Part shown: positions 39,741 to 54,168 of the stretch, piece by piece
Numbering within the stretch: the stretch's first letter is position 1
How the letters are laid out: each line of letters starts with the position of its first letter
Assembly: GCA_964016885.1 (NCBI GenBank)
Contig: OZ024744.1
Location: 77,314,001-77,378,000, forward strand
DNA: 64,000 nucleotides
Direction of reading: 5' to 3'
Source of the DNA: Eledone cirrhosa
Lineage: Eukaryota
Notes under the pieces: model-generated
The model's database searches: none
Told to the model about the DNA's origin: nothing
What the model saw: the letters and a program-made list of their open reading frames with translations, nothing else
Made by a program: the position numbers and the translations under genes

Positions 39741-40034
39741 GGGCTCCACCGTATAAGTTAAAATAAAATATAATTTAACTAAATTGAAACCGCTTTGCGC
39801 TTTCAACAAATATATTATAAAGACAATTTTAAATTCCAGATAGTATTATCTTATTAGAAGATTACTGAGCAATCAGCTAGATATTTTATAATCTGTCTAT
39901 ATTTTATATGATAATATTTAATCTTTACGTTAGCAAGCTATTCATTCTCTCAAAACTCCCTCACCCTCTCACCCCAACACTGTTGCTACCACAAGTATTG
40001 ACACTAATACACATACACACTCACACAAATGTCT

Positions 40035-40815
40035 GTATGTATGTATGTATGTATGTATGTATGTATGTATGTATGTATGTATGTATGTATGTACGTATGT
40101 ACGTATGTTTGTACCTACGTATGTACGTACATATGTATGTATGAATGTACGTATGTATGTATGTATGTATGTATGTATGTATGTATGTATGTATGTATGT
40201 ATGTATGTATGTGTGTATGTATGTATGTATGTTTTCTCTTTCTCTTAATTTCGAGTATATTTTTTTGACCGGCCACCTTCCTGGTGGCAAGGTTGTAAAA
40301 GAAAAGAAATTGTCATCCCTTGAATCGCAAGAATGTTTTGCAAATTTTGAAGGTGCCAGCTATCGCAGCCATTTGTAGACTATGTATGTATGTATGTATG
40401 TATGTATGTATGTATGTATGTATGTATGTATGTATGTATGTATTATGTTTGTGTGTATGTATGAAAATATGCATGTTTATATGTATGTACGTATGTATGT
40501 CTGTATGCATGCATATGTATGTATGCATACATATCTATATATGCATACATATGTATGTGTGAGTGGGTGAATGTATGCATGTGTGCATTTATGTATGTTT
40601 GTATGTATGTATGTATGTTTGTATGTATGTATATATGTAATATATGTATGTATGTATATATGTAAACTACGAATGTATTATCTATGTATGTGTGTTTTGT
40701 GTATATTTATATATGTATGTATATGAATGTATGTATTTACGTACATACATACATACATACATACATACATACATACATACATACATACATACATACATAC
40801 ATACATACATACATA
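40035..40815. repeat. (TATG)n / (CATA)n microsatellite cluster
   Basis: Several tetranucleotide runs. Confidence 0.95.
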
Positions 40816-40983
40816 CGTATATATATATATATATATCAGATATATAGTCACGCACACACGTGCACACATAAACACACACACTCATATATATATATATATA
40901 ATGATATGCATGTCTTCTTACTAAAACACAAATTGCTTGACTGTTCATCCGAAAGATTTGGTACAACAATGGTACACATTCAT

Positions 40984-41129
<146 letters not shown>

Positions 41130-41160
41130 ATTTATATAGATATAGATAGATAGATAGATA

Positions 41161-41220
41161 TATTTCTTTATTAGCCACAGGGGCACAAAAGAAGGGGACA
41201 AATACAAAGGGGGAAGTTTA
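41161..41220 (-). mobile_element. 60-bp module next to (GATA)n, probable LINE 3' tail
   Basis: Near-identical to 56154-56213. The minus strand ends ...gctAATAAAgaaatat(atct)n. Confidence 0.55.
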
Positions 41221-41234
41221 CATACAATAAAAAT

Positions 41235-41273
<39 letters not shown>

Positions 41274-41629
41274 TGTATATATAAATATATATATGTATAT
41301 ATATATTTATATATACATATATATATTTATATATACATATATATATATCTATATATATATCTATCTATCTATATCTATATAATATATATATATATATACT
41401 CATATATATATATATATATATAAATGTATATATATATATATATATGTGTGTGTGTTTATATATCTTTGCTATTTATTCTTTATTATATTCTATTTATTAT
41501 ATCTATTATATTATTTTTCGTTATACATAATAGAGATAGAATAAATTCTGATTGTATTTGACACCAGTAAACTTTGTGGAGAGAAACAACTCAAGCGGAG
41601 TTTACATAGCTTCTATTGACATTATAGAA

Positions 41630-41824
41630 AGAAGAAGAAGAAGAAGAAGAAGAAGAAGAAGAAGAAGAAGAAGAAGAAGAAGAAGAAGAAGAAGAAGAAG
41701 AAGAAGAAGAAGAAGAAGAATGAACGAATGAATGAATGAAATAAAAGTTATTTCGTTTGTTAGCTTAAATTAATGATGTCACATATTTATATGAAAAAAT
41801 TTGTCCTCTTTGAACGCAGCGGCG

Positions 41825-41905
<81 letters not shown>

Positions 41906-41906
41906 A

Positions 41907-41985
<79 letters not shown>

Positions 41986-41986
41986 G

Positions 41987-42030
<44 letters not shown>

Positions 42031-42043
42031 GGTGGTGGTGGTG

Positions 42044-42074
<31 letters not shown>

Positions 42075-42090
42075 CAGTAGTAGTAGCAGT
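41630..42090. repeat. (GAA)n and (GTA)n/(GGT)n microsatellites
   Basis: Runs at 41630-41720 and 41825-42090. Confidence 0.95.
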
Positions 42091-42279
42091 AGGCATTACC
42101 GTTGTCATTGTTGACAAATTATTTATGGCCACCTTCGAACGGAAAAATTTACTGACATTGCTAATTTCAAATTTGCCTTTCTGGGATATTTGTATGTCCA
42201 ATTTGATATGTTGATATGATCAAGCAAAATATTTTTTCTCTGTTCTTCTGACAGCTTGCTTTTTTAATGGAGATGGGCA

Positions 42280-42710
42280 GAGGAGGGTTTAGCAGTATCG
42301 CTAGAACGTCGGATTCCATGCTTCGTGGCATAGAGTTACGGCCCTTTGCGTTCCGAGTTCAAATCCCGCCGAGGTTAGCTTTGCCTTTCATTCTTCTCCC
42401 AGACGCTCACTGCACCTGTTGCAGATTGCGCATCAACCTGATATATTTTTCTCCACAAAATTCGATCACCAACAACAGAGTCCAGTCCATAATTTGACAT
42501 TATCAAGCCAGCGTTTTGCCTGTTGACCTCTGCTTCTCTTACCAGGTAACTTTCCTTCTAGGCATAACTTACTCACACCACGAATTGATCTTTTGATATG
42601 ACCACACAGTTTAAGCATTCTTCAACCTTACAGGGTCGATAAAATAAAGTACCAGTAACGCACTGCGTTGGTTTAATCGATTGCCCCTTCCCCTTCAAAT
42701 TGCTGGCCTT
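42280..42710 (+). mobile_element. Family 1 SINE interrupted by an RTE-like fragment (about 42395-42620, minus strand)
   Basis: The SINE core is split at gcctttcat / cttacagggtcgat. The insert encodes GKLPGKRSRGQQAKRWLDNVK on the minus strand. Confidence 0.7.
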
Positions 42711-43420
42711 TTTTCGTTTTATTTGAAGTCTCGTAACCTTGTGTTTCGGACTGTAGTTATGATCTTGATATCATAGGTTCGATTCCTGGACCGGTGGTGC
42801 ATTAAGTTCTTGAAAAAAAAAAATACTATTTCCCATTGTTCTTTCTGCCAGGCGTTGCGACCGGTATATAGTATAAGCGATGGAATGACCAATGGAAGCA
42901 TTGTTTTTGTTTGCCCGGTCTGTCGATAGGTTTCCCTAACTTTTTAATATTATGCACTCGTCGCAAAGGCACGGCATGTGTTATATGCAGAAAGTGATGC
43001 CATGCTTCTTATATCAAGGCGGTAGAACAAGAATAGGCAAGTAGCTGGATTTTCCTTCTTGATGGCACTTGGGATTCTGTAATGCAACCAAGCAGCTTGT
43101 GGAGGGTCACTCCGTGCCTCAAACAACTTCAGCTCCAATTCAGGAGTAAATATAATGATAGAAGAATAGCAACTCTTACTAGTATCAGAAGCCATCGGTT
43201 GAAAAATATAATGGCCGAATAAATTGTATTTTTCGTCAGTTAAACTGAAGTGAAGAAACAAAAAAAAAAAGGAAAGGAGTCGAAAAGTTCCTCCCTAAAT
43301 TGCAGGTCTAGGAAAAGAATTACATGTGCGACAAACAGCTGTTCGTTGCAAGGAAATGTCCTCTTTCCACGTCACCGATATTTTCGAAAGAAAGTAATAT
43401 CCTTTTTTATTTTATATATA

Positions 43421-43450
43421 ACTAGCAGAATGGCCTGGCGTTGCTCGGGA
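43421..43450 (-). mobile_element. Helitron-like 3' end
   Basis: Reverse complement cccgagcaacgccaggccattctgCTAGt: a hairpin followed by CTAG. Confidence 0.5.
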
Positions 43451-44349
43451 TTTGCTCTAGGGTTCTTATATATTTTATATATATTAACCCTTATCGAGCC
43501 TCGTGAAATAAATACGATTGTTTATATTTTGTTATTGTGTATGCAAAAATATCTGTACACGAATATATAATTATATATATATATATTAAAATAACAGATT
43601 AAAGTTTAAGCAAAGAATCGCTGCTTTCACTCTTAACGGTATCTTCTGAAACTAAAAAAATCAATCTGTGAACGCAGAAAATGAATCGCTGCTTTCACCC
43701 TTAACATGATCTTCTACCTAAAAGCAGTATGAAGTACATTAAGACTAACTGATGTAATCGTTGGCCTTGTTTGTTTATATTTTGTTTTTGTGTATGCAAA
43801 AATATCTGCTCTCTGAGTTCAAATCTCGCTGAGATCAACTTTGCCTTTCAACCTTTCGATGTCTTTAAAAAAAAAGTACCAGTTTAATACTGGTTCGATA
43901 TTTTTCCCTCTATATCACATTCTCAATTCCTTTTGCGCACTCTTTATCCTTCTCTGGAAGAAATATTTTGTGTTCAGACATAGAGAGGAGATGGCTTCCA
44001 ACATGTTTTAAAATATCCAAGAAACGCCGTATGTTACTACAGCGCCTCTACGACTTCACCGGGAGTTACGAATCCACAGACACAAACTTTAAATATACTT
44101 ATCAACTGAAATCTCTCAAACACTTCATACTAGTGAAAGGAACAAGCTTTCCGAAACAAAACAGTGAATATGGAGGGATCTAAATGCTGGGAGCAAATTG
44201 AAGTACTAAAATTAGGTACAAAAAAGTAAAGAAATATACCTTTTTAAAAATTATTTTACAAGGTGCAAGGCAACCTTTTTAGAGTAGAGGGCTGGATTTA
44301 TTGGCCATACACACGATGCAGTGCCAGTAATAAAATATGAATCATTTAC

Positions 44350-44497
44350 AGATATCGGTAGAGCGTCAGACACCATACTTTACGTTCAAATCTCGCCATG
44401 GTTAACTTTGCTTTTCATCCTAACGGGATTGATAAAATAAAGTACCAGTAATGCACTGGGATAATTGCTGGCCTTGTGCCAAAAGTAGAAACAATTA
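44350..44497 (+). mobile_element. Family 1 SINE with internal deletion
   Basis: Core and tail present. Confidence 0.8.
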
Positions 44498-44639
44498 TTT
44501 ATAGGTATATTTTTCGAGTCTTCTCAGTACGTTTAATATTGTTTATATATAATATAGGGGTTGTTTACAGTTGGTATCAAAGATACAAGCAAATGATGCA
44601 ATCCATTTACGCTACTTTTTGGTGCTGTATTCATTTCTA

Positions 44640-44985
44640 ATAAAGGTGCACTATATTTGGCACTCCGTCGGTTACGATTACGGGTGTTCCAGGTGATCCA
44701 ATCAACGGAACAGCCTGCTCGGGAAATTAACGTGCAAGTGGCTGAGCATTCCACAAACACGCGTACCCTTAACGTAGTTCTCAGGGAGATTCAGTGTGAT
44801 ACAGTGTGTGACAAGGTTGGCCATTCGAACTACAGGTACAACTCATTTTTGTCAGCTGAGTGGACTGGAGCAAGGAAGGTGAAATAAAGTGTCTTGGTCA
44901 ATGACACAACACGCCGCCGTGAATCGAGCTTACGACCTTACGAATGTGAGCCGAATTACCTAACTACAAAGCCATGTGCCTTCAC
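44640..44985 (-). mobile_element. Family 2 tRNA-derived SINE, near full length
   Basis: Minus-strand tRNA-like head similar to 8236-8350. The body is shared with the fragment at 21770-21915. Confidence 0.75.
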
Positions 44986-46039
44986 TATACCAGATTGATT
45001 TGCGGTGGATACAAAAAAAGCCCTATATTTGAATGAGTGAGGAAGAACCCCAATATTTTTCATGAGAGAAGAAAATGTGAAGTTGAAGCTGAGACTGTAA
45101 TTACTTTCGTTACGAAGTCATTGCGATAATACAGTAAAACAGGTTCCGTTGAAAGTAAATTTCCAAGGAGACAAACAAAGCCAAATACTAGAAGATTTTT
45201 CTTTTTCTTCTTGCTTCTGAAACAGCCGCAATTATGTGATACCTCTCCAGGTGTTGTAACCAGCTCACGGTAGCGGGATTAGGGTGTGTAAGATTCATAT
45301 TCTCAGGTGGGATGAGATCTGGACACTCATTATATATTCAGCAATCTGTTCTGACAAGCCACAGAAGCAAAATGCTGATTGACGCAGCCCTTAGTAGTGT
45401 ACCGTTGCATTGAATAGGCCGACATTCTGTGTAGTTCATTTGGGGACACCCATTCCTTCCGAGAGAGGTAAGCCCCTAGGTGAAGGGCCCGTATTAAGTG
45501 TGGTATTCAATTGGGTGGGTCGAGATGTCTGTTGCCAGCTAGCTCTCCACGTCTGAATAATGCTGTAATCTGAGTCTCACAACTTTACTGCGAGACGAAA
45601 GAAAGAGTGTAGTGACATCAAACGATGTTGGTCCAGTAACTGAGAATCCTCAGTTATGTCATGGAACGGATGGTTTGGTTCTATTGAGGCTTGGTTACCA
45701 ATCTATATGTGTGTTGCTCTCTAACAGATATCTGACGATGACTTATTCGATACTGGTATATCGAGAGCATACTTCTGTTTTATGGTGCTCAAGACAAAAC
45801 CAACTCCTTGCTACACTGAAGTATGCACTATATCAAGGATTCCCAACCCTTTTTTACGTCATCGCCCACTTTCATATAGAAAAGTTTTCCACTGCCCGCC
45901 TGTATAGTACATATTCAAAACCATACCAAAAATGTTTGGTAAAAATTTGTTACTGGTTCGTAGTTTCTATTTAGCCTCCTGTTTTTTTTTTGGGGGGGGG
46001 GGGGGGAGGGGGGGGGGTTATATATATATATATATATAT

Positions 46040-46260
46040 ATAATAACAAATGTGAAGACTAAAATCCAAAGAGGGCCCGATAAGGATAAATATATATCAA
46101 ATATATAAGAACCCTAGAGCAAATATTTATTGAAATAACAGATTAAAGTTTAAGCAAAGAATCGCTGCTTTCACCCTTAACGGGATCTTCTGAAAGCAGA
46201 GATTCTTTGCTTAAACTTTAATCTGTTATTTCAATAAATATTTGGTCTAGGGTTCTTATA
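46040..46260 (-). mobile_element. Family F short element with foldback, in (TA)n
   Basis: Arms tataagaaccctaga...aagaatc / gattctttgc...ggttcttata. Homologous to 43450-43720, 63385-63582 and 17820-17885. Confidence 0.75.
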
Positions 46261-48461
46261 CGAGGGTCGGCTGAAAAGTTCAATGCCTGACTAGGAAGGT
46301 ATGAAATATTGCATGCATTAATTTCAACTCTTCTTGTTAATAACTTTATAGCCGCGAAGAGTGAAAAACCGCGAATATTGGACGTATTCTATGAAAATGC
46401 CTATAAACGTCAAAATGTAACGCAAAATATAATTAAAAAAGAGGGAGCGTCTTACACGAAGGGGCGTCCAATAGGCCGGCAAATACGGTATATTGTTATT
46501 AATAATTTAGCGTTTCAAAATATATATTGCCACGATAAAAGCCATTTAAAAAATCGCGGAAGTTATTTACGATTCCGCGAATATGCAGTGGTTTCTACAA
46601 ACAATTATTAGTTAGGTTCTAAGGAAAATCCCACTTAATTGATCCATAATTAGAATGCATGTCTATATTTCCATCCTGCCATATGAATGATGGTTTGGTT
46701 ACAAAGCTGATGGGGGATGGGTTATTTTTGGATGTCATCCGTGATGACTATGACTGCTGAAGCCGTAACACCCTAAATTTATATAAAAGCAGAATTAATT
46801 TCTAATTTAAAATTTTAGAAGGTCCTTTACTGAATCCAAGCATTGAAGATTGAATTTTAGCGTATGTTATAGATATTAAATCCTGCCGAGATCAACTTTA
46901 CCTTTCATCCTTTCGGGGTCGATAAAAAAAAAAAGTACCAGTTAAGTACTGGGGTCGGTTCTTCCTCCTCTCTCTAGAAGAAATCTGCAGTACTCAGGTC
47001 TGGAGAGGGATGGGCTCCGCCAGGCTTAAAATGTGCAAGACACGTCGTATGTCAATACAACGCCCCTAAGACTCTATCAGGAATTACGGGACCATACCAT
47101 ACCATAAATATTAAGGTCGCCATTGAAAGACTACCAGAGACTTTGAAGCCAAATATTTGTAGTAACTGTGAAGATCTTTATCAGAGTTTCCTTCGTAAGT
47201 AGAAAAGGTGTAATATTGTATACAGGTTTCTTTTATAAATGTCGTTTTGTTCTTATTAAAGGAGCCTTAATTAGCAAATTAACTGAGATTGTTTCTTAAC
47301 AGACACGGCCGAATGTGTTGTTTATGTTCAGTCAACCGTGTTCTCTCCCTTTATTGCTTCATTTTATCTTAACACACATAAAGAAAGTTTCCAACCCGCC
47401 GGCTTACGTGTATGACCGAGCGGAGTTCCGGTTTTCATATTTCGAGGATAGTTTTGGTGTGATTGGAGTTATTCCCAACACTCGCCATTTTCAGACAGTG
47501 GGGCTTTATTTGTATGTACATACTATATGCAGTGCGCTCGCCGTAAAGGCATTTTCGCCTCTCTCACACACAAACACACATACATACATACATACATACA
47601 TACATACATACATACATACATACATACATACATACATACATACATACATACACACATGGTTGCTGCCAACTCGTTTTTGAGTACGGCCACTACTTTATAT
47701 CCATATAGGAGAACCCATACCGATGCGCTGAACGAATATGACTTTTTAGTCCAGCCAGCGACTTGAAAACTCTGGTACAAACACTACACTTGTGACAATT
47801 ATTGATACATAGTGCTGGTCCCATGGTTCCATGTGACGACAAGTGCAGAGAGATCTCCAGATATAAAGCAATGCCTGTGCCGTGAAGCTTTTATGGTGAG
47901 CAAAAGTACTGCACAAAGCCAGTCCCACTCTCTTAACCAAGATGATATTTACCAAAAAGAAGAACAAGTAAATATCATTGGATACATCAGGGTTGCAGGT
48001 GTTATATGAGAGTTTTCCTTCTCCTAGAATTCTGCCTTGACAAAGGCTAAGGGGTCATCTCTACATACATACATACATACATACATACATACATACATAC
48101 ATGATGATGGGCTGCCCCCTCGTATATCATTGCATGATATACCATTATTAATAATTATTAATTAATTCTATCGTGCAATGTCTGTGGATGAAGATTGAGA
48201 TATTTTTTTAAAGTGAGGAAAGACTGTGCACTGAACCAATCCCACTCTCTGAGAGACAGTTGTTATAACCCGAAAAGAAGAAAAGATCAACATCATCGGT
48301 AACTACTGAACCGCAGGTTTTATATCGGAGTCATCCCAGTTTCCTAGTTGCCTTCTCCTAGAAGAATGCCCTGACAAAGGCTAGGAGTCCTTCACTCCCA
48401 GTGGTTTAACCGTGCAGTACATGTGTATATACATATTTACACACATACATACATACATACA

Positions 48462-48492
<31 letters not shown>

Positions 48493-49084
48493 CTATATAT
48501 TAATTTCAACAATGTCAGTATTCTGTGTGTCATAATTCTCGATTATCATTGGTTCATAGGTTTCAAACGACTCGGCCCAACTCAACAACGCCAAACTTAA
48601 ATTAATATGCATAATGCCAATGAGGGAGTGAGAGGGGAGAGTAAGAAAGAGAGAGGCAAAGTGAACGCTGTGTTGGATACGCTATGTATATGAGTCAGTG
48701 TAGAGACATGTGTGTGTGTGATGTGTGTGGAAATAAGAGGGGAAGGAAAGCAATAACTGTTAACATGTGTGCTTGTGTATATACGTGCGCGTATGTTTGT
48801 GTGTGTGCGTGCGTGCAGCGTTCCACAGAAAATAAAAACTATCAACATATGTGAGTGTGTGCGTGAGTGTAAGTGCACGGGTGCGTGCGTGTGCGCGTTT
48901 CCATGCGTGTATGTGTGTGTATGTGGGGCGTTCCACAATCGCCACGCAGTTTATCTGTCTGTGTGCCTGTCTGTCAGTCTAACATACACAGAGTTGTGAA
49001 GGGAGTAAATAGGGACCTTTTATACATTGACGGACATCTTTTATATTTATTATTGTGTCATTTTTTTGACAATTGCTCGAAATG

Positions 49085-49320
49085 AATACTGATAATAAAA
49101 GCAATTCGACTTTATCAAACAGTGAACTACAGTGGCGACGGCGTGCAGCCAGGAATGAAGAAAATCGGGCCAAACAGCGCCATCGGAACGCTGAACTTCA
49201 GAGGCGAAGACGTTCCGCCATGAATGAAGAGGAGCTGGCTGAACAACGCCAACGAAACACTGGTGCCAAGCACCGACGGCGTGCTGCGATGGTTGAAGAC
49301 GAACTGGTTGAGCGTCATCT
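49085..49320 (+). pseudogene. Helitron-type N-terminal 23-aa (STPR-like) repeat remnant
   Basis: RRRSAMNEEELAEQRQRNTGAKH-type repeats, adjacent to Helitron-like termini. Confidence 0.5.
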
Positions 49321-49332
49321 TTTATATTAATT

Positions 49333-49695
49333 ATCTATACCTATATCTACATATAATATAAAAGTTTGGAACTTCCATCATCCTTTTGAGGAACGTGGAA
49401 CAACCACGTCTATGCAATGATACACGTTTTACAGTCAAGCAGAAGATGAACAATCTCCTAGAGGTCACTATTCTAGGTGGGAGCACCTAGAATTGTTCAT
49501 ATACTATGCACAAACGGTACAACGAAGAATCTGGTATATCTGGAAGATTTTTTTTTTACTGTTTTCTGTATCACACAGACACCACGGACTCACCTCATAC
49601 TGTAACTAGACAAACATCCAATACAGTCATTTTCTCTTTTATCTGTCTTCTCTTATCATCTGTTTTACCCGGGCGAAGCTGGGTACGTCAGCTAG
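49333..49695 (+). mobile_element. Non-autonomous Helitron-like element
   Basis: 5' tcta...tataaaagt start and 3' acccgggcgaagctgggtacgtcagCTAGt end (hairpin + CTAG before T). Confidence 0.55.
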
Positions 49696-50762
49696 TATAT
49701 ATATGTATATATGTATATATGTATATATGTATATATGTATATATGTATATATGTATATATGTATATATGTATATATGATTGCTTGCTTGCCTGTAATGTA
49801 ATACTTGCTTGTCTGTAATGTAAATCGAAGCACGGGTTCCTGCGATATGGGGTTTTCTGGGTACCTTCATAAAAAGAGAGAGAGAAAGATAGATAGAAAG
49901 AAATAGTGGTTGTGAGAGAGTAGATTAAAATACAGACATAGAGAGAGAGGAGGAGGAGGAGGAGGAGGAGGAGGAGAAAGAGAATGGAAGAGAGAGAGAA
50001 AGCTGGTGGTTTTGTTGTGTATATATATATATATATATATATGTGTGAGTGTAAATGTGTGTGTGTGCCTATGACCAGTGTTTATAGATCACAGACACCC
50101 ACATATATATATATATGTATACACACACACACACACACACACATTTATATATATACATACACACACGTATATATATGGGTCTTCCAGTTTCATTTCACAT
50201 TATATACATGTCTGTGTATATTTTAATTATTTAAAAATTATTTTTAAGTGAACATTATTTTTTTTAATATTTTAACCCAACGAGTTACGGGTGGCCTAGT
50301 ATATTACATTTTTAACGCGATATCTTACTTTCTTCTTTTTGTCTTTTTACCTTTCTTTTTTACTTCCTTTCTCAGTCTCACGAGACAATTGTTGTTATAA
50401 AAACCACAATACCATGGGTTCGGCCAGCCTCCTGTATCAGAAAAAGAAAATCTTTTTCGGGGAAATTATTGGATTTTTCCAAATTTAACTCTTTAGCATT
50501 TAAACCAACCATATCCGGCCATATCCGGCCAGAATTCTCTCACCTCTTTCTGTTTAAACCAGCCATAACCGGCCACTCACACTGATGTTAATGTAGTGAT
50601 CTCAAAATAAATAGCAACATCATCAAAATCTTTTAGATTCTATATTATATAATATGATTATGTGGGCTAAAACCTTTACCATGAAAATATAAGAGTAGAG
50701 TAATGTAAATGCTAAAGTGTTAAAGGTTTCTTAGGAATTTTCAATGTTCATTTTAGGTTTTG

Positions 50763-50819
50763 CCGCCTGAAGACTCAGGCTATCTTAATTGCTAGTCCTC
50801 ATTGAAATATGTATAACGG
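50763..50819 (+). ncRNA. Hammerhead-like motif (family G)
   Basis: ccgc-CTGAAGA-...-GAAA-tatgta-TA-acgg, followed by aataaa. Related to 59467-59517. Confidence 0.55.
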
Positions 50820-50967
50820 AGTTTTAAATAAACTAAATATGGACTCCGATCTTTTATTTATATATAATGCTCCGAATTGAACCGTTGAGCGATTCTTTTT
50901 ATCTGCTTCACAACCGACAGACCACAATGTGATCCGCACATCCCTGTTCTGTTAACGCCATACTCTA

Positions 50968-51037
<70 letters not shown>

Positions 51038-51104
51038 GGTAATTCCGAAGAAAAACCAAAAGAAAAAAAGAGTGCTCTATGTATAGAACAGAGCTATTTA
51101 ACAT

Positions 51105-51172
51105 CTCTGTCTGATGAACGATACAGACGTATATTAATATTGGCTGGGATCCATAAATTTTTGGTAATGGAG
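51105..51172 (+). ncRNA. Degenerate hammerhead-like motif
   Basis: ctctgt-CTGATGA-...-TAAA-...-TA-atggag. G12 is lost and stem I still pairs. Confidence 0.35.
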
Positions 51173-51226
51173 TAGTTATATGTTGTGTTCTTCACTTTCT
51201 AATTAAATATATATATATATTTATAT

Positions 51227-51831
51227 AATTGTTTCTAAGTTAGGCACAAGGCCAGCAATTACCCAGTGCATTACTGGTACTTTATTTTATCGACCCCGTA
51301 AGGATGAAAGGCAAAGTCAACCTCGGCGGGATTTGAACTCAGACCGTAAAGGGACGTAACTATGCTGGAAAGCATGGCGTCCAACCCTCTACCGATACTG
51401 CCAATTCACATGATATAAAATCATTTTAAACGATATATAGAAATATATCAATTGAGAAACTAAGCCGACTTTAATACATATATACATATATATAGAAACA
51501 AATACAATTTAAGGTGTTAAATAAAAAAAAAATTACTCATATAACGAATATATAAAGAACGATGTGCTCATACGTAACATAAAATAGCTTATATAATAGG
51601 GCGAAGACTCTTAAAGACGGCAAAGGAATCTCTCAACATAACTGTTTCTACTTTTGGCACAAGGCCAGCAATTATCGCAGTGTATTACTGGTACTTTATT
51701 TTATCGACCTCCGTAAGGATGAAAAGCAAAGTTAACCTCGGCGGGATTTGAACTCAGACCATAAAGGACCGTAACTCTTTGCTGCAAAGCATGGCGTCCG
51801 GCCCTCTACCGATTCTGCCAATCCACCGCCC
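51227..51831 (-). mobile_element. Two family 1 SINEs (51227-51408, 51639-51831)
   Basis: A box, B box, core and tail present in both. Confidence 0.9.
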
Positions 51832-52021
51832 TTATCTCTCAACACAACGTTAGTTTTCACCGGAGCAAAGTTATATACGAGGGTCGGCTGTAAAATTCAT
51901 AGGCTGACCAAGATATGCTCATAGAATGACCATATGAGGTTTACTTTTCAACATAGTCACTAGAAGGATTAATGCAGTTATTAATACAAGGACACATGCA
52001 GTTATTAATACTGGCTGTTTT

Positions 52022-52176
<155 letters not shown>

Positions 52177-52329
52177 AGTGGCCTGTTGCTTGGTCGTATG
52201 CAAAGTACTTTCATTATCCACCTTGTTTCGCTCAATATCAAGATCTTCACCATAACCCAATTCATGTCCAGTGATGAAGATTGCAACGCCATTGCGAAAG
52301 GTTCTATTTGCAGTAGAATTACTCATCAA

Positions 52330-52765
52330 CTCATCTCAACTGACCCGTAGTCTGGTGAATCGTTGGGGCGCTACAGACGATCTGGCAACTAATTCCTTCC
52401 ATCCCTCTCTCCTCTCAGGCCTCCTCATGGTTGCACCTAGCCTCATGTCAGTCTATATTCCGGGATGTTGTCCTCCCGTCTATTTTTCTGTTTGCCCTTC
52501 TTCCGCCCTCCTTGTACTGTTCTCTGCGGGACTGTCTTGGTAAACCCTGAAGATCTTGTCACGTTCCCGTACCATCTCAATTTGCGTTGCTTTACAATGG
52601 TCAGTAGATCTTCGTAGAGCCCGATGACTTGCTAAATTCTGTTTCGCACTTCCTCATTGGAGATGCAGTTGCTGTAGGTGATGCCAAGGAGCTTTCTAAA
52701 GCATCTTATTTCCCTAGCCTGTATCCTTCTTTCCAGATCTGCTGTTATTGTCCAAGATTCACAGA
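52330..52765 (-). mobile_element. RTE-like LINE 3' fragment
   Basis: Minus strand gives ESWTITADLERRIQA.EIRCFRKLLGITY...KLRWYGNVTR...RRAEEGQ. Confidence 0.8.
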
Positions 52766-53286
52766 ATTACTAAACTAAATATATAAATAGATAAAATAAA
52801 AGCCTGTAACAGTCACACATCAGTTTACAGACAAAAGCAATAGAAGCGACTTATCCTCAGTTTATCTCTCTGATGATATGACATCTTTGCTGAAATGTAA
52901 TAGTTGTATCCAAAATAAATACGAGTAGGTCGTACACAGCGTAACATGGTGTATGCTGGCAGATCTAAGGTGTAGTTAGTCGACGAACTTTTCAGATCCA
53001 CTGGCAGCCCAACATTTTTCTTCCTCCGACTACTTGAATTACTGATACATAGTGGGACCAGAGCGAATAGAATGAATTGCAGAATGCGCGTACGGGGTCA
53101 CATTAAGATTAACATTTTGCAAGTTCGGGTAAGGTTGCTGGGAGTCCAGGTTTGTCCTTGCCTAGTGCTGCTACGGCTTGTACGTACTCTTCCATTTCTA
53201 CTTTTTGATTTCTTCATCTTCATTCATGTTTTTATACCGTTGGTCACTTGCTCTTCCTCTCATTCCCACAATATTCTCTAATAATA

Positions 53287-53511
53287 GAATGGTTTCTGAT
53301 TTTGGTACAAGGCCAACAATTTTCGGTTTGGCGGAAAGAGAAAGTTGATTAAATCGACCTCAGTGCATTACTGGTACTTTATTTTATCAATCCCGTAAGG
53401 ATGAAAGGAAAAGCTAACCACGGCGGGATTTGAACTCAGAACATAAAGGAAAATAACTCTATGACGCTAAGCATGTTGTCCGATGCTCTACCGATTCTGC
53501 CAATCCACCGT
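53287..53511 (-). mobile_element. Family 1 SINE
   Basis: A box, B box and core present. Confidence 0.85.
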
Positions 53512-53719
53512 CCTGTTATAAATAATACGGACCTGCCCAATGAAATCTTCGTTCTTGTACTGTTGTAAACACAGTTTTTCCAAGCTGTAGATGATTATGA
53601 ATTCTCTCTAGAATTCTATGGAGAACAGATTGGAAAGTTTAGATACAATCGCCATGAATTTGAGGCATAGCACAGACATAACCACTCTTCTACCACTGTG
53701 TATAACAACTACCTCAGGC

Positions 53720-53937
53720 ACTGTTGCGCTTCGGGCCGAGGAGGGTAACCTCTCTAACTTTCTGACATGTTTGCGGTCGAGCCTGGAAACTTTTGGTGTC
53801 CTTGGCCCTAGGACCACCTCCCTACTCACCACCATCGGCATGGAGTTGGATACCCGCAGGTGTGAACCTCGCAAGCTAGAATGGCTCTTCCAGCGCGTCT
53901 CCTTCACCATCCTCTGGGGAAACGCCTTGTCTGCTCT
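53720..53937 (+). mobile_element. CRE-clade non-LTR 3' fragment
   Basis: ALRAEEG...LETFGVLGP...LL.TIG...WLFQRVSFTILWGNA, the C-terminal RLE pattern of CRE elements. Confidence 0.7.
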
Positions 53938-54062
53938 GCCCCCCCCCCCCCCCCCCCACTGCTCATATCATAATAGTGAGAGATGGAGGAGAACGGGAGA
54001 GACGGAGGCAGTGACAGTGGGAGTTTGGTTCTTTTGTGTTTGGACCTGGTCTCTATATAATA

Positions 54063-54162
54063 CAGTATGTCCCAAAGAAATGTATACACACCTCAACAGC
54101 ATTCTAATAAATATTGCCTATACAGGTAATCAAATTGTGTATACATTTCTTGGGACTCCCTG
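54063..54162. mobile_element. 100-bp Tc1/mariner MITE
   Basis: TA-cagtatgtcccaaagaaatgtatacac...gtgtatacatttcttgggactccctg-TA. Confidence 0.75.
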
Positions 54163-54168
54163 TATATA

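Noticed and set aside
45726-45762. CTGACGA...GATA hammerhead-like string
   Set aside because: GAAA is absent and stem I is out of register. Compatible with chance.
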